Positions 34,301-46,348 of a stretch of DNA of 64,000 bases are shown piece after piece (positions within the stretch are counted from its first letter, which is position 1; each line of letters starts with the position of its first letter). Origin of the DNA: Klebsormidium nitens. Its lineage: Eukaryota > Plantae > Klebsormidiophyceae. The notes under the pieces are model-generated. The model saw only the letters and a list, made by a program, of their open reading frames with translations. It was not told the DNA's origin and ran no database searches. The stretch lies in assembly GCA_000708835.1 (NCBI GenBank), contig DF236993.1:124001-188000 (forward strand), in the 5' to 3' direction. A program made the position numbers and the translations under genes.

Positions 34301-37300
34301 ATTGACTGTAAAGAAAAGCTTACAGAGGGTCTAGGACCACGTGGCCTGGCCGGATGTCCGCCAGCTGGCAGAGGGCATATGCCGTGCTGCAACAATACGC
34401 CAAGTGATAAGAGGTCAGCGTTATGTCCACTCAAAATTTTGAACGAAAAGAACTTTGACACCTACAACTCTAGAACCACTCTTTGCTCTGTGGGAGTACG
34501 TTCCGGCCGTATAAGTATGGGTGTGAATGCTCGCCCACAGCCTCAGAGACAGAAGAGGGCACTTTTGACAGGTCGAATCATCGGTCGCGGGGATAGCCTG
34601 ATGGTAATTCGGGATACTCTCTCGCACCTTGGCTTCAGCGACGTCCGCACGAGGTCCGAGCGGTACGGACGATGGGAGTACAGCTGCGACAAAGGGACAC
34701 GTGTCAAAAAGTAGAGACCTATAGCAGCGCGGTAACGCAGCTCACAGTTTCCTCGTTTACCACATAGAGTCGTGATTTGTCGCGCAGTCTGGTCTTCATG
34801 ATCTCATCCGTTATGACGCGAGCAGGAAAAAGCATCGAGTACGACGGATGGCAGGATAGACGTGCACAATGCTACGAGGACCCTCCAAAAAGACGATGCT
34901 ACGAGGACACTCCAAAAGGGTGACGCTGTTTGCTCGTCCCAGCTACCGGAAGCACCCTATATGCTGTTGTGACGAACGATACGCATAGACGTGAAAGGCC
35001 CGTGCTTTTGTCACAAGCTGACAGCTAAGATGTAGCCGTGAAGGCATTGAAGCCCCTTTCAAATGCAGACACTGCCGCCTTCCTTAGTAAATCAGTTAGG
35101 TAATCGTGAAGCCCCTTACCTGCCTCGATTGATGGTGCGCTTTCGCCTGCAAGGGCTCCTCTTCTCGTCCCATCTCATTGGCTGCGTCCGGAGGCCCAGT
35201 GGCGGACGCATTCTGCTTGGCCCTCGGACTGCGGAAGGAGACCGTCGGCAGTAAGTCAGTTACGGATTGAGGGACGACGGATTGGCCAGCTCACAAAGAA
35301 CCGGTTTGTTTGAGAGTATCCGTTGTGTAAGAGTGTGAAAAGAATGCTAACGGGGCACAACTTGAAGAAGACGCGAGCGTAGTCCAAGATTTCGGGTGTC
35401 AACCTGTTGCGCGATAGATCTGGAAGCTGCGGAGGCGAAACGCGACTCAAAGTCAACGGTATGCGCTTTTTTTCGCGAGGTCGAGAGATTAACGGACAGG
35501 CAAACGAGCAACCGACCGCACGAATCTTCTTCAGTTTGAAACTGGAGTTGCTAACAGCCTGAATCTGCGCACGCAGCGTTCGAATCTCCTGTGCTTTTGA
35601 AGTCAAGGGGCAATCGCGTGTCCTTAATCAGAGGGACGCGTTTTACCAAAGCGCATCGAAATCATATTGAGCATAGAGAAGCTTCCAGATTGTCTCGTGA
35701 GAGCAAAACGAACGCGCGTCTGCCTTACCTGTAAAGCAGGCTGAGAGACAAAAGCACTTCATCATCCGTAATGGTTGCGATGAGTTCCACTGCAGAACGC
35801 AATATTTCTGTTAAAAAAGCGGGGGATTCGTTTCTGGGGATAGACACAAGCTAGATTCTCTGCGCTCAGGAAACAGGTTTTGTCTAAGCTCCAAAGGTTG
35901 CAATCGGTGCCTCCGACCTCCACATAAGAACCAAATAAAATGAAAACTGAATGCATGAATCAGATCTTGCACTCGTCTTCCTCGCACGAAGCTTTCTGCG
36001 CATCTTCTCGAGAAGTTGAAAATGCACCGCTTGCCAAACACCATCTTCTACCCTTGTGTTGGAACAAACGCACGGCCCCCGCCGCGGAATTGCTCACCGT
36101 CAAAGTGCGTCATGCTGACAGGCCAACCGAGCAGGGCCCCGACGCCCGCCCCCAGCCATCCTGCGCTGTGAGAGAACAACCGGTGCTCAACTTCCGGTTA
36201 TCAAAACGTCATCAGGCTTACGGATCTTGAGAGAGTTGGTTCAGGATCTCGCGTCCTGACTCCGATGCCTGGCGAGAGTATACATCAAATCGAACGCAAT
36301 TGCTTTGTTTGCCGAGAACGTGGAACTCCCTCAAGTCTACGAAAATGCGCGTACCTTTTCAAGTGCACTCAAAATACTTACTCCGAGTGGATCCGACATC
36401 ACAATCCTCTTCAACGGATTCTTCTTGAAAGCATACCCCCTCTTGAAACGGGCATAGGAGTCGCTTCGCCACTTGCCTGCGGCTTCCATCGAAGTATACC
36501 CGTGCTTCGGCAGCTTGAGCGTTCTCCGCTCGCAGGTCACCCGGAATCGAGGAAGCGCAGCGGAACAACCTTCAGAGGAGTTGGATGACGGCCAGGCAAT
36601 TATTGCTACCCCAGGATTCCACTGACGGAAGGTCGCGAGGGCCCGGCCCCAATCAATCTGCACGTACGAGCTGGTTGACTCAGAAGAAGTACCAATGGTG
36701 TTTCGAACTTACGACTCTACCAAATTTACTATAAGATTCTTCGGAAGTCTGCCCTGTCCATTCGGGAACAATCTGGCTGACAGCGTCGGAATTGAACGGC
36801 TCAAAACTGAAGCTCCTGAGCTTTTAAAGGGTGGCCACCTTCAAAGCCGTCCAAAATCTAGACCAGGTCGAAGATCGAAGGCAGTCGGATCGACATGGTA
36901 TGATGTTTGCAAGCTGCAGCATGTCGCATCTTGGCGCCACAGTATGCAGATAAGGAGAGACGAGTTTGAAGGACCTGGTAACAACTACAAACGGAAACCG
37001 CATAGTAGTGCATACCTCCATTGCAATAGCTTGCAGGTATGCGAGTCCCTGTTCCTTGTCAAGCGGGACTCCCTTGCAAAATCAAAAATCAGCCGTGGCG
37101 AAGTGAGACTGCTTATGGAAACAAATGCAGTATGGAGAGACTCGTACCTTCAAAACTGTCAGGCGAAGATGGATAGAGAGCGGATATGATCTAGTGTTTT
37201 TTCAATGGTCTTTATTTGTGCCAGGAGTCAGACGATTCGCTGATGCAATACGATAATGAACTGCAGATCTGCAAAGTTGCGACCCTTTGAAGAACTCTGG

Positions 37301-38268
37301 TCGCGCAATGATCGTGCAGTTGAGCCTGCGCACAGTTCTGACCTGACCAGCACGTACCTCTTTGTGAATGAGATATGCATAGATGTTGTCGGCAGCCCGG
37401 AGAGCTTTTAGGTCCTGAAAGAGGAATGGTGCATCATTGTGACAAAAGAAGTTCCAAGAGTCTGGAGAGGCAGTTTGCTTTTGAACCAGAAGGACTCTGT
37501 CTGGTTTTCTACCCGCTTTTGATCATCAGATGAGGACGGTGGTACAGAGTATACCTTGAAGCCGTAGCTCTGTAGCGGTTTCGATACTGCGTTTTTCAAA
37601 AAGGTTGCAAGAAATCCAGATTGGAATCATACTGTTACATCATATATCTTTCTCGTATACGTGTTTTCATGCCAAGGGCCTCAACAGTCTCGTATGCACC
37701 TTGTGAGTAGCTGTTCTGCCTACCTCTGGCCTCCCTGATGTGCTGAAGACCGTCGCTCCTGCATGGCTGGACAAAACTTGGACGCCATAAAGCCTGCTAG
37801 CTAGCTGCAAATGCAGAAACAGAGCAAAGTAGAGAGGAATCATCAGAACAACCAGTGTTGTTGTAACTGGATGCCGGAGCTTTACATGGATCGTTCAGAT
37901 AGCTTCGTTTGATTTTTGTCCTGCAAGGTACACTTAGCACCTGAGCTCCAGTCTAGTTGACCATGCAATCCATCATGCGACGCTGCCATAAAAGGCAGCT
38001 TTGATAGACAAACTTTAGCTGCAACGAAGATTGCCAGCTCCTGCAGATCTTTCTTTACTACCTACAAAGTGATTCTGGAGCCATGAGATTGTGGCCACAT
38101 GGCGGTACTAAGTACAAGACAAGCTACAAACTTTGCGGTGCACTTGGCAAAGAGACAAACCTCCTCAAAGAGTAGCACGAGTCCTTCTCTCACCTCTTGC
38201 AGCAGCACGTTCTCGAGTCCGCCAGCACACGTGCTCAGGTAGGGTCCAAAGGAACACCCGGCTTCCAT
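31323..38268 (-). CDS. THUMP-domain SAM-dependent RNA (tRNA m2G-type) methyltransferase, THUMPD2/THUMPD3/Trm14-like (about 433 aa, 15 exons)
   Basis: Exons 38268-38194, 37804-37724, 37414-37358, 37072-37016, 36657-36477, 36160-36098, 35789-35729, 35228-35120, 34683-34628, 34386-34324, 33977-33850, 33307-33197, 32601-32527, 31983-31877, 31400-31323; all phases close. Motifs: STCAGGLENVLLQE, LRAADNIY, FRVTCER..HGYTSMEAA, GWPVSMTHFDVEL, TSLKPSTAYAL, VLDPLCGCGTIPLEAA, RWDATRLP..VDRVISDMPFG, LKEIARVLVPGTGRAVLL. The last exon boundary is less certain. Confidence 0.88.
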
Positions 38269-39232
38269 TTCTGATTTTGCAGAACTTCTCACTAGAAAAG
38301 TTCTGAGTCTAAAAAGGGCGGTGAAGCAACGTTGACGTCAAGCTCAACTATGAGGCATTTTGGAAGCTTCTGAACACTCGTTGAGCACTCCTCTTCCTAG
38401 CTTGAGAAGGGATTTTGTGTTGACAAAGAATGTAAGCTAACATTAATTCATTAATGCTACCTATATTTCACAATTCAAAGGAGTGCAGTGGCTACACAAC
38501 TTCCACAGGAAGAGTGACTTCTCCATTTCGTAACTTGACGCCACGGTTCTGCCGGTCTCTTTGTATCTGCAGATTTTCAGTGCAGTCGCTGCTAAAACCG
38601 GCACTCTGCCGGTTCTGAGTTGGAATTGTCCTCAAAGAATCGGTACCACGCATTGCTCTCGTTGACAAGCTGTCCAAGCTTCAAATTCTTTCACATTGCT
38701 GGTGTGTTGAGACTTGAGTTGTGAACAAACCGTCACTGACAGTCAGACAGAGATGGTTCAGCAGCAGGAACGGGAGAGAAGCGCCTGCTGACTCCTAGGC
38801 AGTCTATTTTGCTGGATTCTGGGCGTTCTGCAAAGCGTACAACCAGCAGATTGTTGAAAGCGCCACTTCATGTCAGGGTTGTATCAACAAGCTGCAGCTG
38901 TCATTTGGATGTATTGGTCCATCAGATCAGCTCCATTGAAAGGTGGTACCTTAGCTGCATTATCCAAGCTAGCAAGCTGCAGTGCTTCTTAACAATCGTG
39001 TATTTCTTGGATGTTGAAAGCTCTAGGCATCAGAACCCCCTTAAGAATGAGGACTTATCAAAATGCTCTTTGACAGCAACAAGCATCCTGTAATCACAGC
39101 TGTAAAGCACAACGGACTCAGTAAGGCTTGACATCCTCAAGAGCTTGAGGTGTCAGCAGCTCCAGCCTTAAAGTAGATATGGTTGTAGGCTTAACAAGGT
39201 TTGGTTGAATTCAACAGATCATAGTGTTGCAG

Positions 39233-41031
39233 CATCGCAACCAGGAGCCTATCAAAATTCAAACAGCGTTTGGGCTGGCTGCTTGCTTGATGGACAGGGA
39301 CAACGATCCTGCGGCTATAGGTGGGGCAAGTAACGAGGAGGAGGAGGAGGATGAGCTGGAGCTAGAGTCAGAGCCAGCTCTGACACAAGCTGAAAGGGAG
39401 AAAAGAAAGGAGCGCCTCCGTGACCGCATGAAGGTTGCTGTCGCTCGGGTGGTGGAGAATGAAGGTATGGCATGAGGACTAGGCAAACTGCAAACATCCA
39501 CGAAAAGACAGTGAAGTGAAATTGTAGATATGTTCTCTTTGCAATGTTTCCTTTGGAGAGACACATACAAAAAGACTTCATCGTAGTTCCTAGGCAGGTA
39601 AGCAACGCTTGCTTAGAGTTCGGGGTGCCCCTATCGGCGCAGCTGTAAGGGACTTTGGAGCAGTGAAGAAGGTCACCAGTACTGCTGGTGTAAAAGTGTC
39701 ATAGTCCAGGTTTCAAGACTGTCTGATCGAACATGGTTAGTGAGCCTGGAGTGGTTGGGGGCTCAGAGAGTGCATTTTAGTAACATCAGGAATCAACCTC
39801 TAACGGAAGGCCCATTCACTTTGTAGCAGTGACGGCACGGACGGACTTCCGCGTGGAAGTCAGCCCAGTGGTGGTTTCGGCGCTCGCTGAATTGACGAGC
39901 AAGTACGCAGGTGAGTCGCTCTTCTGATTGAGTCCTGATGATGAGTGAAATCTAGCTGCGCAAAGTGCTTTGTAGAACGGAGTTGGCCAATCAAGTAGAT
40001 GAAGGTTAGAGTACGTGCTTCCTGCAAAAGACTGCTCGAAAGCAATGTCTGCATGTCTCGTTCTGCTTCAAGCAGCAAGAAACTATCTAATGACTTTGCC
40101 AAACCCACTGATCCTTATTAGTTTTCGAGCTTGTAGCCTCGTTACTTGCAAGGCGCTGTGCAAGCGGTGCCTCCTGTTTTTAATCTTCAAGTGATTCCTT
40201 CACCAGCGAAGCAATGTGGGGGAAGCTTTGAGTCTCTGCCAGACTTCTGACTGCTTTCTACAGTTGCTTGGATGGTTGAGAAGTAACATAGATTGATCCC
40301 AGAGTCGCTCCTATGGCTGAAAAGTAACCGAATCGTCTCTGATTCAAAGAGCAGGTCCATTGCTGATTTCAAGAAAAAGTCTTGGCTACTTCGGAAACAC
40401 CGTTTGATTGAAAGCTTCTCTTTGCAGAGTCGCTAGCAAGGGATCTAGAATCGTTTGCGCACCATGCTGGGCGCAAGACTGTCAATGTGGAAGACGTGCT
40501 CCTGGCTGGTAAGTCTTTTAGTCCACCGAAGCTTCTTCTTGTCCACATGGAAGCTTCGTTCGTTCGTAAATGCTGGCGGAGCGGAGCGTCGGCTCTAAAA
40601 CAAGGGTTGGGTGGGTCTTTTTCTAATCGAGGCCCCGTTCTGAACTCCGGTTCAAACGAATGATCCGCTGCGGTTCTCAACACTTGCAGAGCTATCTGCC
40701 TTGAGCATTTTCAGAGCGCAGCAGCAAAGCTACTAGTTGTTGCATTAGGAGTCATGCAAATGCTGTACACTTGGCGTTTTCAATCCCTGTTAAATCGTTC
40801 CCCAGAACTGCTTTGGCTTGAGTTTAGTTATCAGAGTCGAGGAAACCCTGCATTTTGCTCCACAAGAGATTCCATTCTTTTATGATTCAGCAATCATTGT
40901 ACACTGCTCACTGTGGCCGACAGTTGTTTGCAGCCCGTCGCAACCCCGATGTGAAAGCGGTTCTTTCAGATCAGGCCAAAGCGTTGACGGGTCAACAGCA
41001 GCCGAAGAAACGGAAACGACCAGGGTTGAAG
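39233..41031 (+). CDS. Partial model of an uncharacterised protein: acidic tract, charged helix and basic NLS-like motif; transcribed divergently from the THUMP gene
   Basis: Exon 39233-39464 (tgttgcag| ... GAAG|gtatgg) joins in phase to exon 40934-41031 (tttgcag| ... AAG|gtgagt), reading ...EEEEEDELELESEPALTQAEREKRKERLRDRMKVAVARVVENE-ARRNPDVKAVLSDQAKALTGQQQPKKRKRPGLK. The start and end of the gene are not resolved and I recognise no family. Confidence 0.45.
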
Positions 41032-42326
41032 GTGAGTAGAGCCTGACGTTTTCCTGTACGTTTTCCTGTATCGGCCCTCTCTTCTCCTCATATCGACCCC
41101 CTCACCGAAAAACAAATCGTTCTTATGACATATTTCCAGAACGCGGCCCCGTCAAATTCTAGTGCTGCTGTGTTTTACATAGCTTCGTCCTTTATATTGC
41201 ATTCAGAAACCTGCCTCTAGCTCGACTGCCAGAAATTATCGGGAACGCTTTCCGATACAAAACTTGTCAAGCCGCTCAAAGGCACGTACGTTTGATGCAG
41301 GCGTTGCCAGGGGACTAGCTTTTGCGGTATGGCCACGTGCCCCTTCGACTGTCTTGTAGTGAGTAACGAAGTAGATAAGCTACCGCCTTGAGCTCAAAGA
41401 ACCTATAGTAAGCCGCTCTTTGAGACTCGATTCTTCGCAAGCTGTACCAAGACGGATGCCATGATTAGGGTTTAAACACGTCCAACACTAGTCTCATTGA
41501 TATAATACTTCGCGATCCGACCGACACGGTTGATCTGCAGGACTTTGATCGCTCATGAAGCGTAGTGGACGATCCTATTGAGCTAGCTCGGACGTGGCCT
41601 GGCCGCTTTTTAGCAAGCGCGCGGCAGATTGACTCTTTCACTCATTCGTCTGACCAAATTCGTTATGCAATTAAGAGTTTTCGGGAGTCCATGCATGCAA
41701 TATCATGCAAATCGCTGGTTGGTTTGCTTGCTTTTGATGGCGCCGCCCCTTGGCAATTGTCAGACTGAGGACCCGCGAACAAATCAATATCATAGGTGAC
41801 CCGCGATAAGAATAGGTGCATAAGATCTTCGAATCTGCTTGCAAGTATGCATGTGCTTAAGAACGTCATCCGTATGCAAGCAGCGATTTGGCATATCCTT
41901 CAATCGAGGATCAGTAAGTCACCTGGCACTTGTCAATGTATACTGACAACACAACTTATCGTGACGCGTGCGATGAAAATCATATTGCCTGGGTATACTG
42001 CCACCATCGGAATCCTGTCGAGCATACCGCAGAAACCTCCAAAATGTGTTGGCCTGGATCTGCAACTGAACTGCCGTATCAGACCATGGTGGCTGTGTGC
42101 TTCCAAACTGCGTATACTTACGTCAGCATTTTAATATGATAACGGAATCGAGTCGACCTTCAATGCCTGCATTACTTCAAGCAAGCAAGCGGGGCTCTCC
42201 AGCCTGACGTACCAACTTGCATGATCCAACGTAGATCTTTGTGAAAGACTTCTCAGCAACCCCAACAGTTGAGTCGTTTCGGAGAGGAAACGATCTATGA
42301 GCTATAGACCGACCCTTCGTAATCCA

Positions 42327-44683
42327 CTACGGGTTGTACTTGCTGTCCTTCTTCAACACATAATCTTGGTCACAAGGGCTACCAGAGCATTCAGAAGCGG
42401 GCAAGAAGTTTCTACAATAGCCAGTGGTATCATATGGCTGCGAGTGTAAGGGCTCTCCTCCAAGTAGGAAATGTACCAAGTGCTCCATAGCATCTCCCTG
42501 AGTTGTTGCGCCCCTCTCCTTTGCTACATTAGGATCTATGTTCTCTTTGCTGATCCATGGTTGGTTTATTGACCAGATCTTATCAGGGTCGATAGGCCCT
42601 GTATAACAATAGTCACCCTCACCGATCATCCTATATGCGGCTTCGTAATGCGATTTCGAGAACCTTCTGACTTGGTCGCGGCTTATGGCAAACTGTTGGC
42701 AACAATAGCAACTAACTACGGGTTCAAATACTCCTCCGGGTGTCAGCTCTAAAGCAAAGACTTCGGCAAGGCTTCGCCAGCAAGCTTCGTTCAACGGAAC
42801 AATACCCTCGTGATTCCAGAAAGAGACACCTCGGTCCCCGATAAATAGGGTGTTGAGGCTGGTATAATTTATGGTGGGGTTTAGACAGTCAACCCATTGC
42901 AGGATGTCTCCGTTATGCTCGAAGGGACTGCAAGAATAGGCGCACTTTCGAGATTCAAAAAGAACGCAAACGTTTGATCTTGGTTGATTGGATCGTAGGT
43001 CATGCAAGCAGACAGAGTCATTTGTTGGTGAAAGTTGCTCAATGTGCAAGAACGGATCTGCGATACCTCAGAAGCTTGACGCCAGGGTCCGGTGCTCACT
43101 TTGCATGGACGAAGACCATAATATCTGGCAAGTCGTCGTAGTGATCCACCAGATACTTCAAGTAGACCCCTCCTTCCAGGCCATAATTGGGGGCGTAGTT
43201 TGGGGCGTTGGCGTCTGTCCTCTGATAAAGAAAGATATCCCTCCCTTGCGTCCAATCAGGCCAGCCATTGTCCCATTCACGGTAGACGGCTGGGATGATG
43301 ACCACCGAAGGCTTCCGTAACTGTGCACAAAAGCAGATCTTGTCAGCCAGACACTATCGCAAGTGAAGCTGAAGCCTTCCTCGCCGTTCGTGCCCTGGCC
43401 CTGTCCTCTAAAGGGCCTCTATCTGTATGCATTTTCTCCCTATACCCTTGCCACCAATTATATCAATAGGCCAAAAAGGTAGCACCCTGCCATTAGCAGG
43501 ATAGATAGACGACTTCTAGTGCAGCTACAGATCGAGAAAGCCACTGCATAGGTAGCTTCTCAACCGTCCGACTTGTCACAGAAGCCTCGAAGGACAAGGA
43601 CATAGTCAACCGGTGAGCGTTCGATCGACTCACCGGTTGATCTTCCATAGCCTCCCGCTCCTCCGTCACTTCTTGAGCCTCCAGCTGCTCCGTTACAGTG
43701 ACTTCGGGGTAGCTGCTTTGAAGATCGGTAGTGTCCAACTGCGTGCAAGAGTTGGAGAAATGAGATGCAGTTTTAGCAAGTGTCCTGGTGACTCTATCCA
43801 ATGCCAGGTTAGAAGTTCCTGCCATATGCAGCTTGTCCAACTCAACAGAGAACTTTACAGAATCTGGAAGTACTAAGAAGTCAACTTTACATCACCTCAC
43901 CTGTTGATCAGTTACACCCCCTGACTCCACCTTGGGAGAAGATTCGGCGTAACTGCTGTTAGGTAGATCGGTGGTATTCACCTGCGTGGAAGATTGTATG
44001 AGCAATTTATTGCACCCCAAGGTCAGCCTGGCATGGAGGAGTGTCATGAAGAGACCTGCTGGAAAGTGACCACTACTTTCCCTTCTGTAACAGATAGAAA
44101 GCTCTTAGCCCCGATTGCTGATAATGTATAACATCAAAGGAATGGTTTTCTCTGATGGATTGCACTGCTTGCGCAACCTGCTAGGAGAACTCAGAGTCTC
44201 AATACAACAGTATAGCTCAAACTGAGTACCGACGGCAGGATAGGCAGAAGCGCTGCTCATCTGTAGCTGGGGGCTCTCAACATGTAAAAATCACATCTCC
44301 AATTGTATCTTGCTGGTGTGCTTTCTCCTGTAACAATATGGAAGAGGGCAGTGGGAGAGAGCCACAAGCAGCATTTCCTGATGGAAGAACAAGCTTATCA
44401 CTTGTGAGCAATTCTGAGAAGCCCTTCCTCTTTGATTGATATACAAATTTGATCAGCAAAGCGATACAGTGAGCCGTACCAGGAGCTCCACAGGGGGCGA
44501 TGGCTTTTGCAATTGCCTGCTTAAAATGATCATGGGGCCAATTGCTATGCCCAAGTAAAGGAAGCAGACCACAGTCCCACAGCTGCGGATCCATCGCCGC
44601 AGCACCTGCTGCATACCTGGGGCTGCAGCACTCTCTCGTTTGAAACCCAGACCTTGTGACCTTTTCACCTTTCTGGCGACCAT
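42327..44683 (-). CDS. DUF3431-like protein with N-terminal type II membrane anchor (about 341 aa)
   Basis: Exons 44683-44480, 43320-43100, 42927-42327; phases close. Motifs: EGGVYLKYLVDHYDDLPDIMVFVHA, CCQQFAISRDQVR, MEHLVHFLLG. Hydrophobic segment TVVCFLYLGIAIGPMIIL lies near the N-terminus. An extra exon near 43500-43730 cannot be excluded. Confidence 0.8.
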
Positions 44684-46348
44684 TTCAAAGATCAGACATC
44701 AATAACCACTAGCACATTGCAATGCTGCTGCCCTGGAACTTGTACAGAGACAGGGAGCTGATCGAAGTCCCAAATGTGGTCGGCCATGCCCTTTGAATGA
44801 TTGGACTTTCATCTCACTTGAGCAGGTTGGTGGTGCGAATACAACGGAGCGCCTCTTTAGCTTGTGAATGTGATCTACCGTATGGCCTTATGCTCTTTGT
44901 CTCGAGCTGTGGCAGCCGGGCACCGCAGAAATTGGTGTCTTCTCTTCAACATTGAATCTGATTGCCTCCCAACTGCTCTACAAATCCCTGGGCCTCAGCA
45001 TCAAGAGGGTTCTGAATGCATGATACGCGTCACAGGCTTTGAAATTGCAGCGTCGAGCCTGCCACTCAATTTGTGCAAGTTGATTTCTGGCTAGATACCG
45101 GTAGCTGGTTCGAGCGACCATTGAGGCGGAGTTTCGGGGGATCAGTCGCCGTTTGGGGTATCACAGATGACGCACCACATGACCCCCGTCGACCAGTACC
45201 GCGCCTCTAGTTGTTCGGTTGCAGGCGAGTTAATTCCGATTCTGTATGTATGTATGATAGCGAAGGACGGTATCTGTGCTTTATATCCGCGTTTGTGCAG
45301 CCTGGTTGTTGGTGGCCTCATTCATCCTTTCTTCATCCTCAAGCTCTCGCCCTTGAATATGTCTCAGCATGCCTGATTTGCATTGAAGCGACCAAATTAC
45401 GGCGTTGGTGCCAGTGAGCACGTCTGATCATGTCGGAAGACACTGTGGCACCGGGGAGGTTTTGAAAAGCGATCGAGAAAGTGCTTTAATTAAGTTCATG
45501 GTTGGCCGGAATCTGGCTGGCAGTGTAATACTTCATTTGCACAGAAGCACCGAGAAACATCAGTACGAGAAGCATGCATGCCGCTGCAACGAGTTCTGCA
45601 AGCACCTTATGAATTAGTTATACTCATGAGATCATGATGCATGGATTGACGCTTCTTATTTTTAGCGACACAACTCAACGATCAATACTTGCGTCGCAAG
45701 TTTCATGTATTGTGGCTTTCGCTTTTCAATCAGGCAGTTTTCGGCACCATACAGCATTGCAACCAACTTAGGCACCTCCTTTGACACGCGAGAGGACCTA
45801 AAAAAGATTAACGCACATGTTGTAAGCTTTTTGAGCTGGCCAGGCATGCTCCGCCAATCTGTTGTCTTCCCCTCCTGCATGATGAGGACGGGTTGCAGCT
45901 TGCTGTACTACGTGCACAGAACGTAGGCATGGTCGATGACAGTAGTAACGTCTTGTCGGACCGGGCAATCAAGATATGCACGAAAGCTGGACTTAGTCAG
46001 TATGCAGAAGTAGTGAAACCATGGCTATGATCACATGCGGCAACTTCAGTTTCAGCATCCTCTGGACCACAGCTGCTTGACAAGAAGGAATTTGATCTCT
46101 CCGAGAACGTTACAGCAAATTGTGCTCGACAATGGTGAAACGAGCTTCCTAATCAACAACTCTTGGTTCGTGCATAAGCTGAGCATCTTGGACAAAAAGC
46201 AATCGACGCTCTCCGCTGCGGTACAGTGACTAGTCAGGACCGGACTTATCAACACAAAGTCTCACGAACTTTTTAGTTCTCGTTTGACGTCGCCTCGACT
46301 AGCATGACTGTTTTCGAGTCAAGTTATCTTACAAAAGCACCTAGTAAT

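Noticed and set aside
34869-34917. 27-bp-period direct repeat, plus other micro-duplications (12880-12912, 17880-17940, 27065-27092, 41047-41070, 48320-48345)
   Set aside because: Ordinary slippage-type repeats in introns or intergenic DNA with no further structure.
35256-35606. 116-aa - ORF with exon-like boundaries
   Set aside because: The THUMP model closes in phase without it, and inclusion would not fit the family pattern.
36700-36960. Weak resemblance to a KDZ/Zisupton transposase motif (DGFEGQTSEESYS)
   Set aside because: The segment is intronic once the THUMP exons are joined in phase; the motif match is poor and the frame contains a stop.
45100-46260. Several 60-75 aa ORFs between the DUF3431 and thylakoid genes
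   Set aside because: No motifs, no consistent splice chain and no clear codon bias.
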